The translations under genes and the position numbers were made by a program. DNA of 32,573 bases from Planctomycetota bacterium (GTDB lineage Bacteria > Planctomycetota > UBA11346), in assembly GCA_038213805.1 (NCBI GenBank), contig JBBQSO010000062.1, positions 1 to 32,573 of the forward strand, given 5' to 3'. The notes under the pieces are model-generated. The model was given only the letters and a program-made list of their open reading frames with translations, did not search any database and had not been told where the DNA came from. Positions 19,901 through 28,329 of the stretch are shown piece after piece (positions within the stretch are counted from its first letter, which is position 1; each line of letters opens with the position of its first letter).

Positions 19901-21816
19901 CGACCAAGGACGGGGAGCTGATCCAGGGCACGACGGAACTCGCCAAGGAGGCGGCGCTGCTGCGCGTCAAGTCGGCCGACGCCGTGCAGCAGGCGAAGCT
20001 CGCCGCCAGTTCGCAGGCGGCCACCGCCGAGGCGCGCCAAGCGCTCGCCGCGCACGATTACGCAAAGGCCAAGGACGCGGTCGCCCGCGCCATCGGCTTC
20101 GTGCCCGGCGACGCCGCCGCGCAGCAGCTCAAGATCGACATCCTCGGCCAGGAGCAGACCGCGCTCGCCGCCGCCGCGGCCGCCGACCAGCTCCGCCAGG
20201 GCCAGGACCTCACCGCCAAGGCCAAGGCCGCCTTCGCCGCCGGCGACCTGAACGGCGCGCGCGACCTCATCGCGCAGGCCTGGGGACACGTCCCCGGCAA
20301 CGCCGAGGTCGACACGGTGCGCCAGGCGGTGGCGCAGGCGCTCAAGGACAAAGCCGCAGCCGACGCGCGCGCCGCGGTCCAGGCCCAGGCCCGCGCCGGC
20401 GCCGAGAAGGCGCTCGCCGAGGGCAAGACTGAGTATGGCGCGCATGTGACGGCCGTCGCGAAGAAGGCTGCCGCTACCGCCGCCATCGAGCACTTGCGCG
20501 TCGAACTCGCCGACCGCGGCGGAGACGCCAAAGCGCCGCTGTGGCAGGCCTATCGCGACGAGCGCGAGGCCAACGCCGCGAGCGCCCAGGCCTGGGCGCA
20601 GGCCGAAGCTTCTGCGCAGAATGTCGTCACCCAGCTGCGCGACGAGCCGGCCAACCCCAGCGCGGTCGCGGCGCGGCAACTGCTCGCCGACCTCTACCAG
20701 GAACGACTGGTCGAAACGCGCCAGGCCAACGACCTACCGGGCATTTTGGCGTTCTCCAACCAGCTGGCGCGGGTGGACGACGCGCACCGCTACGACCGCC
20801 TGCTCAGCGACCGCGGTCGGCTGGTGCTGAATGGCGCGGCCGGCACCAAGGTGTCGCTGGTGCGGCTCGGCGAAGGGCCCGACACGCGCCTCGTGCCGGC
20901 TGGTCAGGCCACCTCCCTGACCCTGCCACTCGATGGTGGTGGTCTCGATCTGGATGCCGGGCACTACCAGCTCGGCGCGGGCGACATCATCGTCAGCTTC
21001 GCGGTCTCGGCCACGGTCCCGGTGACCGTGCCGTGGCCGGGCAAGCTGCCGGAAGTCCCCGGCATCGCCCTGCGTTACGTCGCCGGCCACCCGTCGCTCA
21101 AGCCGTTCATGCTCGGTACGACCGAGATCACCCACGACCAGTACTTCCAGTTCGTCACCGATCCGGCCGTATTCCCCAAGGTACAGGCCGCCTGGAAGGT
21201 CACCCAGCACAAGAACAACCAGGCTGACCACAAGCTGAGCATGCTGTACCTGCCGCGACAGACCAAGGATTCCGGTGAATATTGGCAGGCATTTGCTGAA
21301 GCCGGCGAGGATACCACCCTGCTGCAGCGCGTCGAGCTGCCCAAAGACTATGTCGGCATGCCGGTGGCGGGCGTGAACCACGCCGACGCTGTGGCGTACT
21401 GCGCTTGGCTGAGCAGCAAGACCGGGCTGAAGGTGCGGCTGCCGACCCTGGCCGAGTGGCGCTTCGCCGCGAAGGGCGGAGATTCCCACCGCCGGTACCC
21501 GTGGGGGGAAATCTTTGATGAATCGCTTGCCGTCAGCACGCGCACCGGTAATCCCTCTCACCCGACGCGCACCGCTGCGGAACATGTCGGTAGTAAGGTC
21601 ACGGATGTCGGCCCCTTCGGAAACCTCGATCTCGCCGGGAATGTCCGCGAGCTGCTTGGCGACAGTGGCGGAGACATCGGTCGCCCCCTCATCGCCGGCG
21701 GCGGCTGGGCCGATGACAAAGAGAGTGAATTCCGCAGCGATTTTTCTGATTCCGTCGACCCCGACTTTGTGTATCCAGTGATCGGCTTTCGAATCCTTGT
21801 GGAGTTTTCCCCATGA
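16945..21816 (+). CDS. Membrane Hanks-type Ser/Thr kinase: Pro/Thr-rich repeat N-terminus, kinase, TM, TPR-like helical stalk, FGE-sulfatase (SUMF1-like) domain
   Basis: Kinase motifs GGMGAV, AMK, HRDIKPDN, DWG, YMPPEQ. TM at ~19300-19365. FGE motifs TEIT..QY, PV..V...DA.AYCAWLS, RLPT.AEW, YPWG, DLAGNVRE, IGFR. Confidence 0.92.
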   Translation: MAMSDQSDPKLPTPPVPQVPPSDHAATMATNFLKPAAAPMPPADAQDLQATLPVADFGKGSLPIPGERRGEEGRGTAETRFPGAVADDPRVTMGTRPPTEAVRRAPAGPPLTPAEAQDLMETQMTRPPTEAVRGAPPGAPPTPPVPHADAHDLMATQMTRPPTEAVRRAPPAPTAPPADAHDLMQTQMTRPPTEAVRRTPPAPQPDAQDLMATQTTRPPTEAVRRAPPQPDAQDLIATQGTRPPTAVVTKGETKMATTVVAKPAPGVIAPPPTGQRMPTLDPNETVMTDLHIAGAAAKAASGDTQDRAATAAGTAWDERNTAAATRIASNFAPAKPGPQATPVEKDRTFAANFGTSSTPASQLADTVVTARGVNPGTTPSASGSAMGTGAPSTQALTRSGSFTRTNLRTRINTRLPADTQQLDAKLQLSRGSVLADMVTARIARGDSSAVPPGLTRRIAEQGTEARYAIDKPLAAGGMGAVLAIEDHDFHRAAAMKVIHAKFTANPEALERFLAEAQVTAQLEHPNIVPIHDLGVMEDGTLYFTMKLIEGQSLGTVIKTLKAGEPAALKRWTIEEKILTFLKVLDGVGFANAKGVVHRDIKPDNIMLGLHGEVLVVDWGIAKVIGQADGGSVKSGKREVASVRDQDGLSMTMEGAAMGTIFYMPPEQAAGRLDEIDARSDVYALGATLYELLSLKRTLEGNSLPDLIGKITTGNTIGLDKAMPTLHPDLIAVVHRSMALDRANRYATCADFADDLRRYLAGRAVLARTRNLIERIGMWYQAHRLQVNIGAGAVALVAVAVVGTTWVIRGENRARAAEQFAAAQRLYDQAKPTLAETGLKEAKHDITGALELARGDALMQALDASIDSALEQVEVQKKKDAQERANSENAAKLLVEAKHQKSLNNLKEAKAQIDAAFQLTPKNAEIDNFRTDLQNLLSNEIKRENREAAQGHFNEGASLLAEARKLPLTDPSLVPRIQKAEAAFTLSTKDGELIQGTTELAKEAALLRVKSADAVQQAKLAASSQAATAEARQALAAHDYAKAKDAVARAIGFVPGDAAAQQLKIDILGQEQTALAAAAAADQLRQGQDLTAKAKAAFAAGDLNGARDLIAQAWGHVPGNAEVDTVRQAVAQALKDKAAADARAAVQAQARAGAEKALAEGKTEYGAHVTAVAKKAAATAAIEHLRVELADRGGDAKAPLWQAYRDEREANAASAQAWAQAEASAQNVVTQLRDEPANPSAVAARQLLADLYQERLVETRQANDLPGILAFSNQLARVDDAHRYDRLLSDRGRLVLNGAAGTKVSLVRLGEGPDTRLVPAGQATSLTLPLDGGGLDLDAGHYQLGAGDIIVSFAVSATVPVTVPWPGKLPEVPGIALRYVAGHPSLKPFMLGTTEITHDQYFQFVTDPAVFPKVQAAWKVTQHKNNQADHKLSMLYLPRQTKDSGEYWQAFAEAGEDTTLLQRVELPKDYVGMPVAGVNHADAVAYCAWLSSKTGLKVRLPTLAEWRFAAKGGDSHRRYPWGEIFDESLAVSTRTGNPSHPTRTAAEHVGSKVTDVGPFGNLDLAGNVRELLGDSGGDIGRPLIAGGGWADDKESEFRSDFSDSVDPDFVYPVIGFRILVEFSP
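17218..17690 (+). repeat. Intragenic tandem repeat with six TRPPT-core units (consensus DAQDLMATQMTRPPTEAVRRAPP)
   Basis: Directly visible in the DNA and protein. Units are separated by variable Pro-rich linkers. Confidence 0.95.
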
Positions 21817-22907
21817 AGCTGCTGTCGCTCGTCCTGATCCTCGGTTCCGCCTCTGGGGCGATTGCGGCCGATGCCGTGGCGCCAGCTGCGCCCGACCCCG
21901 CCACCCCCGCCCCGCCGGTCGTGCCGCAGTCTGAAGCTGCTCCGGCCACCCCCGCGGCGGCTCAGGTCGGCAGCGTTGCGCGCGACACCTCGGCCGCTTC
22001 GGGTGGTAACCGTGCGGCCGTCGCCGCCGGCGGCGGGACCGCCGAAAAGTCACGCGAGTTCGGGCTGTTTGGCCAGGTCGCCTACGGGTACGATTCCAAC
22101 ATCCTTCGCGAGGACACCCTGAATCCCGACCCCTCGGGCAAGGAAGGCCAGGCGTACTCCTTTGAAGGCCGTGGCCTGTGGCGCGTGCTGCGCAACGAAG
22201 ACGCCCGCCTGAATCTCATCGCCGACGTCAAGTTCAACGGTTACGAGCCGCACGCCGACGCCCGCACTCTGCGTTTCGGCGGCGCGGCGGTCGGCCAGCT
22301 GCACACCGAATACGTCGACCCTGGACTGCTGGTCAGCTACAACCGCCTGCTCTTCGACGACCGGGGCGCGGCCACGCTCAGCCGCGGTGCACTCAGCCTG
22401 ACCCACATCGACGAGTCGCGCCGCCATGCCGACACGCTGTTCCTCGACGTGCAGCTGCTGCGCTACGATAACTTCCACGACCAGTCGGGCGACCTCTACG
22501 ACACGACCTTCCGCCACTGGCACCTGTTCGAGCCCAACAACAGCCACAAGCGCATCGAAGTCACCTTCACTGGTGGCTATTTCGACGCCCAGATCCGTCC
22601 GGAATCGTACTGGTCGATCTCCCCTGGCATCGCCTTCGCCTACCGTTTCGGCGCGCAGCGCGCGGACGAAGGCACCTACGACCTGAACCTTGGCATACAG
22701 TGGGAGACGCGCGCCTACAGCGGCGCCGCGTCGGGACAGTCGCAGGAGCGCCAGGACATCTGGGCCACCAGTGCGGCGGTGGACCGCTGGTTCTGCCGCT
22801 ACCTGTCGGGCGGTGTGTATGGTCTGCTCTCCGAGCGCTTCTCCAACATCGTTGGTCGTGATTATGATCGCATCCAGGTCGGCGCTCGCCTGACCGCCAC
22901 CTGGTGA
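21813..22907 (+). CDS. Putative outer-membrane beta-barrel protein
   Basis: Signal peptide, Pro/Ala linker, first-strand motif YGYDSNI, alternating amphipathic strands, C-terminal Trp (GARLTATW). ATGA overlap with the kinase. Confidence 0.75.
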   Translation: MKLLSLVLILGSASGAIAADAVAPAAPDPATPAPPVVPQSEAAPATPAAAQVGSVARDTSAASGGNRAAVAAGGGTAEKSREFGLFGQVAYGYDSNILREDTLNPDPSGKEGQAYSFEGRGLWRVLRNEDARLNLIADVKFNGYEPHADARTLRFGGAAVGQLHTEYVDPGLLVSYNRLLFDDRGAATLSRGALSLTHIDESRRHADTLFLDVQLLRYDNFHDQSGDLYDTTFRHWHLFEPNNSHKRIEVTFTGGYFDAQIRPESYWSISPGIAFAYRFGAQRADEGTYDLNLGIQWETRAYSGAASGQSQERQDIWATSAAVDRWFCRYLSGGVYGLLSERFSNIVGRDYDRIQVGARLTATW

Positions 22908-22921
22908 TCCCGGAGACCCCC

Positions 22922-23905
22922 ATGCGCATCCTCAGCCTCTCCACCCTGCTCCTATCCCTTGCCCTGGGTCTCGCCCAGGCGCACGCCGAAGACGCTGCCG
23001 CGCCTGCGCCGCCTGCGCCCGCAGTCGCCGGTGACGCCAAGCCCGCAGAGGCCAAGCCCCTGGCCAGCTGGAGCACCGGCGATGGCACCATCGCCGGTGC
23101 GGCCGCGACCAGCGGCGCGCCGATCGCAAGCGGGGTCGCCCTCGCGGCCAGCGCGGCGAAGCCAGCTACCGTGCAGCTGCTCACCGCGCCCGGCAGCGTG
23201 GTGGTGCTCGGCGCCGGCGCCGGCTTCAGCCTGACCACCGAGGCGGTGGCCGATGGCAAAGAGGCGCTGATCATCAACCTCGAGAGCGGCGCCATCCAGG
23301 TGCACATCGCCAGCAAGGGCGATTACGAGTCGGTGCATGTGCGCGGCGCCGCCATCGACGTGCGGGTGACTGGCACCTTGTTCGTGGTCGAACGCGTCAA
23401 GCGCGACAGCGACTACATCGCCCTGGTCCAGGGCAAGGTCAAGGTCTCGCTGCGCAAGGAAGTTGCGGATTCCCTGCATAAGCAGGGCGAGGTCGAACTG
23501 ATCACCCGCCAGGGCGTGGGCGGCTCGACCAGTGGTGGCCTCGGTGCGGTCGAGTCCATCAGCTCGCGTCCCCAGCTCAGCTCTGCCAGCCACAGCTCCG
23601 TGCGCGAGCAGTCCCTGGGTGAGAGCGACGATGGCAATTGGAATCAGGACGCTGCGGCTACCGAGTTGGGCATGACCCTGTCGATGGCCGATGGCGAGGA
23701 CGCCCTGGGCACGGAAAATGGCGGATTGACGCATTTCGACACGGGCATCAGCGACGGTCTGGTCGATTCGCTGACAGACCACATCGGCACCCAGGTGTTC
23801 GATTCGCTGGAGGGGCCCACTGGCCTATCCAGCCAGGTGCTCGACAACCTGAGTGGTGTCGGCGCCGGCGAACTGCCCGGCCCGCCCCCGCCCCCGCCGC
23901 GCTGA
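22922..23905 (+). CDS. Secreted FecR-domain protein with an acidic tail and polyproline end
   Basis: Signal peptide and FecR-like LESGAIQVH...VRVTGTLFVV...IALVQGKVKV. An alternative GTG at 22904 overlaps the upstream stop. Confidence 0.8.
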   Translation: MRILSLSTLLLSLALGLAQAHAEDAAAPAPPAPAVAGDAKPAEAKPLASWSTGDGTIAGAAATSGAPIASGVALAASAAKPATVQLLTAPGSVVVLGAGAGFSLTTEAVADGKEALIINLESGAIQVHIASKGDYESVHVRGAAIDVRVTGTLFVVERVKRDSDYIALVQGKVKVSLRKEVADSLHKQGEVELITRQGVGGSTSGGLGAVESISSRPQLSSASHSSVREQSLGESDDGNWNQDAAATELGMTLSMADGEDALGTENGGLTHFDTGISDGLVDSLTDHIGTQVFDSLEGPTGLSSQVLDNLSGVGAGELPGPPPPPPR

Positions 23906-23941
23906 CCCCCGTCAGGGGCGGCCCACACAGTGGTTTCTGGC

Positions 23942-24033
23942 TCGCAAGGTCCTTCTGTTCCAGGAGGACGCCTTGCGAACACTCGTTGCCGCTCCGGCAC
24001 GCCCCAGTGGGGGGCCGGGACGCGGCGATCCGC
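23942..24033. repeat. Hairpins including a diverged inverted copy (copy B) of the 16841-16915 element
   Basis: Stem TCGCAAGGTCCTTCTG/CAGGAGGACGCCTTGCGA. 23967-24032 aligns by eye to the reverse complement of 16841-16915. Confidence 0.5.
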
Positions 24034-24078
24034 ACGCCGTGGCACCCGCTTAAGTGACCCGATCTGAAAGGCCAACCC

Positions 24079-26988
24079 ATGACCGTGCACCGTCCGCTCG
24101 TTCCCGGGTCTTTGCCGCGGTCGATCAGCCGCTGGCTGGTTGCTGCAGGTCTCATCGGACTGGCCTGGCTCGATCAGGCGGCAACGGCGGCGAGCACCCG
24201 GGATTTCCCGGTGGTGATTCCGGGCGGTGGATTGGACCTGGCCCTGGACGTCCCACAGGTGGTGCCGGTCAACAGTTCCCAGGTCACCTCCACGATCGGT
24301 GTCAGCGGCATCAACACGCCGATCACCAAAGTGGTGGTGAGCGTCACCATCCGCCATTCCGCGCCCAAGGATCTCGAACTCTACGTCATCTCGCCGCAGC
24401 CCAACATCGCGGTGCAGCCGGTAACGGTGGTGGTCGCCAACCAGAACGGTGGTCGCAATCGGGATCCCAACCTGCCGCCGCTGACCGCCTTCGACCCGGC
24501 GATCAAGACGGGGTATGGCCGAGTCACCACCAACGGCACCAACGTGGTCACGGCCGTATTCCCGGTGATCCTCGACGACGATGCGCCCGATGACGTCAAC
24601 AATCTGAATGACGACCCGGTCGATGCCTACGCGCCGCTCGTCGACGCGCCCGATCCGCGCGCGGTGATCCCCCCTGGCCGCCACCGTACCACGGACAAGT
24701 CGGCGGCCGGCGCGCTTACCAAGCTCCGTCATTTCATCGGCCTGCGCGGCGACAATGTGAACGGCATCTGGAAACTGGTCATCCGCCACAACAACGGCGC
24801 GTTCCCGGATTTTGGCCAGCTGGTCTCATGGACGCTGACCATCTCGCAGGAGTCCGGCTACACCTGGACCGGCGCGGGTGCCACCCCCAATTGGTCGGAT
24901 GGCGCCAACTGGCTTCCCGCCCCCGGGCCCACCGCCGTCGAGAATGGCGTCAGCCTGTTCTTCCCGCCCGACGCGGCCCGCAAGGTCAATATCAACAACA
25001 TCGTCCCGGCCGCGGCCGGCGACTTCGGGATCTCGCAGGTCATCATTGACGGTGATTACAGCATCTCGCTCTCCGGCACGCAGGTCATCGACTACCAGGA
25101 CGGCATGCACTTCTTCAGCAATTTGGGCAATCCCATTTGGAACGTGCCCGGGCGCACGCGTGGGGCGGTCGCCTTCACGGTGGACAACACCCTGAACACC
25201 CTGCTGGCGCCGGCCCGCCTGACCGTCAGCGGAGCGCTGACCGAGCTCGACAACACCGTGACCACCACCCTCGCCAAGGACGGCAACGGCACGGCGGTGC
25301 TGGCCACGGCCAACGGCATCCGCGGCGCCACTGCCATCACCGGTGGCGTGCTCGAGATCGATGATGGCGGCGCGCTCGGCGCAGCGCCGCCGGCGGGCGG
25401 GGCCGTGAACGTGGGCCTGCTCAGCACCCTCCAACTCGCCAATGCCATCACCCTGAACAAGGTTCTGAATCTGACCGGGCTCGGCGCCCAGGATCCAACT
25501 GTGCCGCTGCTTTCGGGGACGCCCACCATCGGTGCGCTGAACGGTCTGGCCGGCACCAACCTGGCCAACGGCAGCGTCGTGCTGGTCACGGCCAACACCG
25601 CGCTGGGCGCGAGCGCCGGGACACTCACCGTGGCGCCGGCCGGCACCTCGACGCTGACCGGCATCGGCCTGGTCAAGCTCGGGGCCGGCATCGTCAGCAT
25701 CGGCAAGGCCCTGCCGGCGACCAACACCCAGGTGGATGTGGAAGCCGGCATCCTCCAGCTCACCGTGGCCAATAGCATTCCCGACACCTCGGCGGTGACG
25801 GTCGTTGGCGGAACCCTGCAGTATATGGACGTGAGCGACGCGATCGGCAGCCTCAACCTGACCGGTGGCACGGTGGCGACCGGAACCGGCACGCTCACGC
25901 TGATCGCGGGCAGCCCGCTGAACCTGAACCCGGCGAGCGCGCCGTCGGTGATCTCAGGCAATCTCGCCTTGCCGGGCATCACCACCTTCGCCGTCGCGGA
26001 CGGTGCGGCGGCGAATGATTTGGATGTCCAGGCTGTGGTTTCCGGCGCGGGCGGGGTGGTCAAGAGCGGTTCGGGGCTGCTGCAGCTCGGCGGCGCGAAC
26101 ACCTACACTGGGGGCACGCAGCTCACCGCGGGGACGCTGCTGGTCAACGGCAGCACTCCAGGCCAGTTGGCGATGCGCGGCGGCACCCTCGGCGGTACCG
26201 GGACTACCGGGGCGATCACCGCGACCGCCGGAATCGTCGACCCCGGTCTGGTCGGTGCCGCCGGGCAGTTGTCGTGCACAAGTTTCGTCTTCGGTCCGCA
26301 GGTCGCCTTGTCGGTGGATGTGAATTTGGGCGGGGCGAGCGACCGGCTCGTCGCCAGCGGCACAGGCAACGACCTCGGTGGTGCGGTGATCGCGTCCCGC
26401 CTCGGGACGGCGACGGCGGGCAGCGCCGTGGTGGTGCAGTCCGGCGGGTACGGCACCTCACGTTTCCAGGGTCTGCCGAACGATACGCCGGGCATCCAAT
26501 ACAACGGCAACAGCAACGTGACCCTGATCTGGGATGGCAGCTCCGTCTCCTTCTCTGCCTCCCAGTACGCGGTGAACAAGGATGCGGGAACCGCGAGCAT
26601 CACCTTGGTGCGCACCGACACGACTACAGCGCTCGACGCGGGCGTCGCCCTGCTTGAAGGCAGCGCGCGGGTGACCCTGGACTACGGCGCACCGCCCAGC
26701 GCCACGGCGCATTTCGCGGTGGGTGCAGCCACCGCGACCTTCACCATTCCGCTGATCGCCAATCTGGTCTCCGATGGTGACAAGGACCTGTTCCTGTACA
26801 TCACGCCGCAGACCCAGACCGCGGCGGCTCCGCCGGCCTCAGCACGGTTGGTCATCGTCGACAACTCGCACCACCCGTCGGCGGCCAAGCGTTGCGGCCT
26901 CGGCGGTGGGGCGACGGTGCTCATCCTGCTCATGGCGGCGCTCGCGCGCGGATTGTTCGCTCTGCGGCTGCGGCTGCGCCGGCGCTGA
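24079..26988 (+). CDS. Surface adhesin-like protein: proprotein convertase P-domain, autotransporter-associated beta-strand (PATR) repeats, Calx-beta domain, C-terminal TM anchor
   Basis: P-domain motifs VSVTIRH..PKDL...ISP and NGIWKLVI...GQL.SWTL. WTGAG..NWS...NW. PATR repeats K.G.G.L.L...NTYTGGT. Calx-beta VSFSASQYAV...DY...F..G...TI. Tail KRCGLGGG-TM-RRR. Confidence 0.85.
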   Translation: MTVHRPLVPGSLPRSISRWLVAAGLIGLAWLDQAATAASTRDFPVVIPGGGLDLALDVPQVVPVNSSQVTSTIGVSGINTPITKVVVSVTIRHSAPKDLELYVISPQPNIAVQPVTVVVANQNGGRNRDPNLPPLTAFDPAIKTGYGRVTTNGTNVVTAVFPVILDDDAPDDVNNLNDDPVDAYAPLVDAPDPRAVIPPGRHRTTDKSAAGALTKLRHFIGLRGDNVNGIWKLVIRHNNGAFPDFGQLVSWTLTISQESGYTWTGAGATPNWSDGANWLPAPGPTAVENGVSLFFPPDAARKVNINNIVPAAAGDFGISQVIIDGDYSISLSGTQVIDYQDGMHFFSNLGNPIWNVPGRTRGAVAFTVDNTLNTLLAPARLTVSGALTELDNTVTTTLAKDGNGTAVLATANGIRGATAITGGVLEIDDGGALGAAPPAGGAVNVGLLSTLQLANAITLNKVLNLTGLGAQDPTVPLLSGTPTIGALNGLAGTNLANGSVVLVTANTALGASAGTLTVAPAGTSTLTGIGLVKLGAGIVSIGKALPATNTQVDVEAGILQLTVANSIPDTSAVTVVGGTLQYMDVSDAIGSLNLTGGTVATGTGTLTLIAGSPLNLNPASAPSVISGNLALPGITTFAVADGAAANDLDVQAVVSGAGGVVKSGSGLLQLGGANTYTGGTQLTAGTLLVNGSTPGQLAMRGGTLGGTGTTGAITATAGIVDPGLVGAAGQLSCTSFVFGPQVALSVDVNLGGASDRLVASGTGNDLGGAVIASRLGTATAGSAVVVQSGGYGTSRFQGLPNDTPGIQYNGNSNVTLIWDGSSVSFSASQYAVNKDAGTASITLVRTDTTTALDAGVALLEGSARVTLDYGAPPSATAHFAVGAATATFTIPLIANLVSDGDKDLFLYITPQTQTAAAPPASARLVIVDNSHHPSAAKRCGLGGGATVLILLMAALARGLFALRLRLRRR

Positions 26989-27006
26989 GCCGCGCAGGCT
27001 CGGGTC

Positions 27007-28041
27007 ATGGGCGGCGCGTTCTCGTTCCCCTTTCTCAGTCCTGCTTGGCTTGGACTCAGCCTGGTCGCGTCGTTGGGGCTGGCGGGCATCCTGCCGGGGG
27101 CGTGGCGACGCGGCTGGGTGCTGGCATTGGGCGGATGCGCAGTCGCTTCGCTGCTGGCTCTGTGCGGGGTCATCCCGTGGGTGGGTGAACTGCACCTGAC
27201 CGCCTATGCGATTGCCATGCTCGGCGCCTTCGTGGTTGCCTACGTCGTCGCCCTGCACCGCGCCCGTCGCATCGGCATCCCTGAACGCCAGCTCATCGAT
27301 CTGTTCATGCTTGGCCTGGTCGGCGGCGTGGTCGGGGCGCGCGCCAAGGAGGTCATGGAACACTGGGACGAATTCACCCGTCTGCCCGATGGCCATCCCC
27401 GGCCCTGGGGTGACGTCCTCAGCCGGGCCGCCGATATCGACGGAGGCGGCATGGTATGGTATGGCGGCGCGCTGCTGGCCGCCGCACTGATGATCGTCTA
27501 CCTGCGCGGGCGCCGGATCCCCATTCTCGCCTTCGGCGACGTCATCGTGCCCGCCATGCTCGCTGGCTTGGCGATCGGGCGGCTGGGGTGCTTCTTCAAC
27601 GGCTGCTGCTTTGGCCGACCCTGCACTTTGCCCTGGGCGATGGAGCTGCCCGGCCACCCCGGCGAGCATCTCCACCCTACCCAGCTCTACGAGACGCTCG
27701 CCTGTCTGGCCCTGGCCGGCGCGACCTTCTGGTGGTGGGGGCGCCGGCGCAGCGACGGCGAGGTCATGTTGGGGGGCATCCTCGGCTACGCCATCTGGCG
27801 CTTCGGCAACGAAGCACTGCGAGGCGACACCATTCCCACGACCCTGTTCGGCATCCCCATGAGTACCAGCCAGCTGATCAGCATCTGGCTGGTGGCAGGG
27901 GGTTTGGCGCTGGCCGGGGCGGTGGTGTGGCGGCGCCGCTCAGATCCCGCCCTGCTCGAGCTGGCCACGCGCGTCCCGGGCAGCCGCCATGCCCTCGAGA
28001 GCGAATCCGGCAGCGGAAGGCCTCCTCGGACAGCCGGATAG
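27007..28041 (+). CDS. lgt: Prolipoprotein diacylglyceryl transferase family protein
   Basis: GGVVGAR, GGMVWYGG, AIGRLGCFFNGCCFG, HPTQLYE, RF..E.LR, SQ.IS. Multiple TM helices. Confidence 0.9.
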   Translation: MGGAFSFPFLSPAWLGLSLVASLGLAGILPGAWRRGWVLALGGCAVASLLALCGVIPWVGELHLTAYAIAMLGAFVVAYVVALHRARRIGIPERQLIDLFMLGLVGGVVGARAKEVMEHWDEFTRLPDGHPRPWGDVLSRAADIDGGGMVWYGGALLAAALMIVYLRGRRIPILAFGDVIVPAMLAGLAIGRLGCFFNGCCFGRPCTLPWAMELPGHPGEHLHPTQLYETLACLALAGATFWWWGRRRSDGEVMLGGILGYAIWRFGNEALRGDTIPTTLFGIPMSTSQLISIWLVAGGLALAGAVVWRRRSDPALLELATRVPGSRHALESESGSGRPPRTAG

Positions 28042-28195
28042 AACAGAAGGCGCGGAGACGCGGAGAACGGAGGAGGGGGAGGGAGGCGTCGTTCACGTCG
28101 GGTTCCACGCTGCGCGCTCTCCCCAGTCGTGCAGGAAGTCCGGCCCAGCGCCTTCCTCCTCTCCCCTCCGCCTCTCCGCGCCTCTTGTTTTATCC
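28036..28195. repeat. Imperfect long inverted repeat (REP/MITE-like) between lgt and rplS
   Basis: The left arm GGATAGAACAGAAGGCGCGGAGACGCGGAG...GGAGGCG (28036-28088) pairs with CGCCTTCC...CTCCGCCTCTCCGCGCCTCTTGTTTTATCC (28149-28195). Confidence 0.8.
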
Positions 28196-28228
28196 CTCTC
28201 TCCCGACCCCGGTTGCCGCTACGGATGG

Positions 28229-28255
28229 TTGACACCAGTCCGTGGGTCCTATCAT
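28229..28255 (+). promoter_or_regulatory. Putative sigma70-type promoter of rplS
   Basis: TTGACA (28229-28234) and TATCAT (28250-28255). The spacer is only 15 bp, shorter than consensus. Confidence 0.4.
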
Positions 28256-28329
28256 CCCACCCCTCACGCCACGGAGCGTTCCCGAGGGAATCGGGACCCG
28301 GCTGGCGTCACACACGAGCGGAGCGTCCC

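Noticed and set aside
21060..21816. Active formylglycine-generating enzyme
   Set aside because: The catalytic Cys pair is not evident, so it is treated as a non-catalytic FGE-fold sensor or binding domain.
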